Virus record (IMG/VR): IMGVR_UViG_3300014160_000008
Span: 1 to 38,126 of that record
DNA length: 38,126 nt
Strand: one strand, 5' to 3'
Source of the DNA: a virus
Lineage: Duplodnaviria; Caudoviricetes
Of this stretch, positions 35,060 to 38,126 are shown piece after piece. A program made the position numbers and the translations under genes. Within the stretch, counting starts at the first letter, position 1. Each line of letters starts with the position of its first letter. Below the pieces are notes generated by a model that saw only the letters and a program-made list of their open reading frames with translations, did no database searches and was not told the origin of the DNA.

Positions 35060-35527
35060 ATGAGCGACCTCGGCCGAAAACTTCTCAATACCGCCAAATC
35101 CTACCTGGGCGTGCGCCGCGAACCGGGCACGTGCCCGCCCGCGATCGCCGAATTTCTCGCGGCCGTTGGCATGCCGCCGAACGAAACGCTGGCCTGGTGC
35201 AAAGCGTTTTTCACTTTCGTTTGCCAGCAGTGCGGCGTGGCCATCGACACGCACCCGAACGCCCGCGCGCTGCTCTCCGACCCGGACTGGCAACGCGTCG
35301 AGCCAGCCGACGTGCAGGCCGGCGACGCGGCCGTTTTCTGGCGCGGCGACCCGAAGGGCTGGGAAGGCCACATTGCATTTGTCGCCGAGCCGCCTGGGAG
35401 CGCTGGCGTTCCCGCCGGCTTTTTGCGCGTCCTCGGCGGCAACCAGGCGTCATCCGTGTGCTATGAGAATTTCCCGGTCAACCGCGTGCTGGCCTATCTG
35501 CGGCCGAAGGAGCAAGCCGATGCCTAA
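35060..35527 (+). CDS. endolysin, CHAP/NlpC-P60-like peptidoglycan hydrolase (TIGR02594-like)
   Basis: AAAGGAG RBS. Catalytic Cys/His motifs AWCKAF and GHIAFV, plus GDAAVFWRG and LGGNQ. Confidence 0.85.
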   Translation: MSDLGRKLLNTAKSYLGVRREPGTCPPAIAEFLAAVGMPPNETLAWCKAFFTFVCQQCGVAIDTHPNARALLSDPDWQRVEPADVQAGDAAVFWRGDPKGWEGHIAFVAEPPGSAGVPAGFLRVLGGNQASSVCYENFPVNRVLAYLRPKEQADA

Positions 35528-35789
35528 ACAACGCGAGTGCCATTGCCCCTGCTGCGGCTCCGCGGCCGTCCCAACCTATGCGGCCGGCCCGGCTGAGGGT
35601 TCGGTCCTTTGGGTTGAAGTTACAAGGTGCACCGATTGCGGCTTTGCCGTTCATTATCCGAAAAACGCCGCGACCTACGAGGCCGGCCTCTCGCGCACGT
35701 ATTTCGCGATGATCCGCGAGCTGCTCGAACTCTACGACAAGGCGCCCCCGGCGTGCGATCGCAACGTGCTGCCCGGACGGCAGGCGTGA
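35520..35789 (+). CDS. small Zn-ribbon protein (at the Mu com position)
   Basis: AAGGAG RBS. CHCPCC...CTDC motifs. Overlaps the endolysin stop. Confidence 0.68.
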   Translation: MPKQRECHCPCCGSAAVPTYAAGPAEGSVLWVEVTRCTDCGFAVHYPKNAATYEAGLSRTYFAMIRELLELYDKAPPACDRNVLPGRQA

Positions 35790-35843
35790 ACGCTCTTTAC
35801 GATCATCTTCACGTCGAAGTGCACCCCGGAACGGGAGCGTAAT

Positions 35844-36650
35844 ATCACAACTTCCGCGCGCCAGTTTTCACCCAACGCCCCGACGCCGATCGAGCACGTC
35901 GCCGGCGTCATGGTCAAACGCGATGATCTTTTCGAAGTCGCCGGCGTGTGCGGCGGTAAAGCACGGGCCTGTCTGGGTTTGGTGCGAAGAGCCCCAAAGC
36001 CGCGGCTCGGTCTCGTCACGGCCGGCGCGGCCGCATCGCCGCAGGTAAATATCGTGGCCCACATTGGCGCGGAATTGGGTCTGCCGGTGCGGGCGCACGT
36101 GCCGAAAACGAAGGTACTGTCGCCGGAAATTGCGGCGGCGAAGGCCCGCGGTGCGGAGATCATTCAGCACGCGCCTGGCTACAACACCGTGATCGTCGCG
36201 CGCTGCCGCGCCGACGCTCGCGCTCGGGGCTGGATCGAGATCCCATTCGGCATGGAGTGCCCCGAGGCCGTCATACAGACGTGGCAGCAGGCGGCGCTGC
36301 TGCCCTGGGGCCAATTCAAACGGATCGTCATGCCCTGCGGCTCGGGAATGAGCCTCGCCGGCGTCCTCTGGGCCCTGAAAGAATCGGGATGCAGAACGCC
36401 GGTGATTGCGGTGCGTGTCGGCGCGGACCCGAGCAAGCGGCTCGATGAGTACGCGCCGGATGAATGGCGGGCGATGGTTCAGATCGTCGATTCGGGAACG
36501 GGCTACAAAATGGCCGCAGAAACGCAATGGAACGGAATCACCCTCGATCCGCACTATGAAGCAAAGGCGGCGAGGTTCGTGCAGCCGGACGATCTTTTTT
36601 GGATCGTCGGGCTGCGGCAGACGGTTAAGCGCTCTTTAACAACTGAATAA
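35844..36650 (+). CDS. PLP-dependent fold-type-II enzyme (ACC deaminase/D-cysteine desulfhydrase-like); start uncertain (ATC 35844 or ATG 35910)
   Basis: PTPIE...VKRDDLF...GGKAR (Schiff-base Lys), VMPCGSGMSLAG (phosphate-binding loop) and LDPHYEAKA motifs. Confidence 0.85.
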   Translation: MTTSARQFSPNAPTPIEHVAGVMVKRDDLFEVAGVCGGKARACLGLVRRAPKPRLGLVTAGAAASPQVNIVAHIGAELGLPVRAHVPKTKVLSPEIAAAKARGAEIIQHAPGYNTVIVARCRADARARGWIEIPFGMECPEAVIQTWQQAALLPWGQFKRIVMPCGSGMSLAGVLWALKESGCRTPVIAVRVGADPSKRLDEYAPDEWRAMVQIVDSGTGYKMAAETQWNGITLDPHYEAKAARFVQPDDLFWIVGLRQTVKRSLTTE

Positions 36651-36806
36651 TGACGGTTTTTTAGGTGTAAAAACGCCCCGAAAAAAAGGGGCAGAGTTGG
36701 CATGTTAGCGCATGCCGAACCGACGACGCTTGCACGTCGCCCCGACGAAGCCGGCTGCCCCTAGCGAGAACACAGGCATTCTAGCCGGCGAAAAAGGGAT
36801 GACAAG

Positions 36807-37709
36807 ATGCAGTCTTCATTGCGTGATTCGTTCATCGTGCCGCCGTTCAGCGTTCTGGATGCGCGGCAGGGTTATTGGCAGGAGCGGAAACGGCGCTGGC
36901 TCGAGCTGATCGGCGAAATGCGGCCGACGTGCCCGCAGCCGCTGTTTCACGACGTTTCGATCGGCGGGAAAACCAAGAAGATCAAGGACGGCAAAAACCT
37001 CTCGATTTTCGACCCGGTTCTTGCCGAAGTGCTTTTGCATTGGTTCTGCCCCGTCGCCGGCGACGTGTTCGATCCGTTCGGCGGCGAGGCGGTCAAGGGC
37101 ATCGTGGCGGCGACGTGCGGCCGGCAATATTTCGGCGTCGAAATTCGGCCGGCGCAGGTCTGGGAAAATCGGCGCATCGCCAAGCGTCTCGGCGCGACGC
37201 GTTGCACCTGGTTGATCGGAGACGCCGGCAAGCTCGCCGCGCTCGTGGCGGCGCAGCGGACCTTCGATTTTGTGTTTTCTTCACCGCCATATTGGAACCT
37301 CGAACGCTACCGCGGGCCGCGCGGCGATCTCTCCGAGGCGCGCGATTACGGGTCATTCCTGGCCGCCTTTGAGCGCATCGTTTGCCTCTCGGCCGAGCGG
37401 CTGCGGCCCGGCCGGTTCATGGCGATCAAGGTCGGGAATTTCCGCGATCGCCGCGGGGCGCTGATCGATTTTGTGGGCGACACGGCGCGTTGCGGCGCGG
37501 CGGCCGGCCTGGCGTTCTACAACCAATACGTTCTCGCCGGCGTGAATGGCGCCGCGCCGCTGCGAGGACGCGGCATGATGCGCACGCGCAAATGCGCCCC
37601 GACCCATCAGGCGGTGCTGGTCTTTTTCAAGGGCAACCCGCGCGAGTTCGATCGGCGCGCGTTCCCGGAGATCAAGAGATACGATGATCCGCTTCCGGCT
37701 GCGGAATAA
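36807..37709 (+). CDS. SAM-dependent DNA amino-methyltransferase-like protein (N6-A/N4-C type)
   Basis: Motif I-like VFDPFGGE...GVEIR precedes motif IV FSSPPY. N-terminal VPPFSVLDARQGYWQERK and SIFDPVLAE patterns resemble phage MTases. Confidence 0.85.
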   Translation: MQSSLRDSFIVPPFSVLDARQGYWQERKRRWLELIGEMRPTCPQPLFHDVSIGGKTKKIKDGKNLSIFDPVLAEVLLHWFCPVAGDVFDPFGGEAVKGIVAATCGRQYFGVEIRPAQVWENRRIAKRLGATRCTWLIGDAGKLAALVAAQRTFDFVFSSPPYWNLERYRGPRGDLSEARDYGSFLAAFERIVCLSAERLRPGRFMAIKVGNFRDRRGALIDFVGDTARCGAAAGLAFYNQYVLAGVNGAAPLRGRGMMRTRKCAPTHQAVLVFFKGNPREFDRRAFPEIKRYDDPLPAAE

Positions 37710-38126
37710 GGCGCTGCGGGCGCGGGTCATCGCCGACCACCTGGCGAAACTCGGCCAGACGCGCTGCCTCGTATATTCGTGCGGCAATGCGGCGCGCGAA
37801 TTGCGCCGCGTCGGCCTCGACGTTGTCGAGGTTGGCGCGGCCGGCGCCCTGATCGCCCAGCGGGAGCTTGATTGCGAGGAAATGCTCCTCACGCACCCCG
37901 GGCTTTTCAACGCGACCAGCGGCCATTTGTCGCCGGCGTTGATGGCGCGCCTGGCGGACGTGTTCCGCCAGTGGCTGCCACCCAAAATTCTAGGTTCGAG
38001 CGAGCCGGTTTGGTGCCCTTGCGGCAGCGGCGAGACGCTGGTCGCCCTGGCGGCGAGCCTCGGTTTCCGCCGTCTGCGGGCGATCATTTCGGCCGATATT
38101 CCGGCCATCAACTTCGGAATGACGCC
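37684..38126 (+). CDS. second, compact PLP fold-type-II-like protein, 3'-truncated (absent from the ORF track)
   Basis: Manual translation: MIRFRLRNKALRARVIADHL...CLVYSCGNAARELRRVGL...FNATSGHL...VWCPCGSGETLVAL. This shows a Lys, an SxGN loop and a PxGSG loop. No stop before the window end. Confidence 0.7.
   Translation, partial: MIRFRLRNKALRARVIADHLAKLGQTRCLVYSCGNAARELRRVGLDVVEVGAAGALIAQRELDCEEMLLTHPGLFNATSGHLSPALMARLADVFRQWLPPKILGSSEPVWCPCGSGETLVALAASLGFRRLRAIISADIPAINFGMT

Larger units (their letters stand above)
1..38126 (+). mobile_element. Mu-like transposable myovirus or prophage (both ends outside the window or not identifiable)
   Basis: Co-oriented, translationally coupled Mu-type gene set: DDE transposase, AAA ATPase, Gam, GemA, DUF3486, TerL, DUF935 portal, gpF, gpI, gpT, gp36-38, sheath, tube, tape measure, gpN, gp44-48. 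Confidence 0.96.

Noticed and set aside
34419-35063. + strand ORF with a long Val/Ile run that looks like a membrane protein
   Set aside because: It is the antisense reading of the poly-Asp codons of the lipoprotein gene, which has an RBS, promoter and lipobox.
35844-36650. Metabolic ACC deaminase or D-cysteine desulfhydrase as an auxiliary metabolic gene
   Set aside because: The protein is shorter than those enzymes and shares only the fold motifs. Its context beside an MTase at the mom position favours DNA modification, though a metabolic role is not formally excluded.
36650-36720. Right end (attR) of the Mu-like element
   Set aside because: No repeated transposase-binding sites could be identified, the left end is unavailable for comparison, and phage-type genes continue downstream.

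Overview
The whole 38 kb window is a GC-rich Mu-like (transposable) myovirus genome or prophage, almost entirely on the + strand and cut by the window at both ends. In order it carries: a 5'-truncated DDE transposase (MuA-like), a MuB-like ATPase, an early accessory region rich in Cys/Zn-finger proteins with Gam, DUF2786, an SSB-like protein and GemA, a holin cluster, terminases, a portal-gpF fusion, protease/scaffold, major capsid protein, a contractile tail and baseplate, and fibre genes. After the fibres come an antisense Asp-rich lipoprotein and a displaced endolysin. The strongest leads are: (1) at the position of Mu com-mom, a Zn-finger gene, a PLP fold-type-II enzyme apparently lacking a canonical start, an amino-methyltransferase-like protein and a second PLP-fold protein, a candidate undescribed DNA hypermodification system; (2) tail sheath and tail tube each begin with an 18-residue hydrophobic leader ending in Gly, suggesting membrane-tethered or processed tail assembly; (3) a 101-nt tRNA-like RNA whose anticodon loop is replaced by a long hairpin; (4) a likely +1 frameshift (ACC_UUU_CGU) in the tail chaperone gene. 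All family calls come from motif recognition and synteny by eye, with no database searches.
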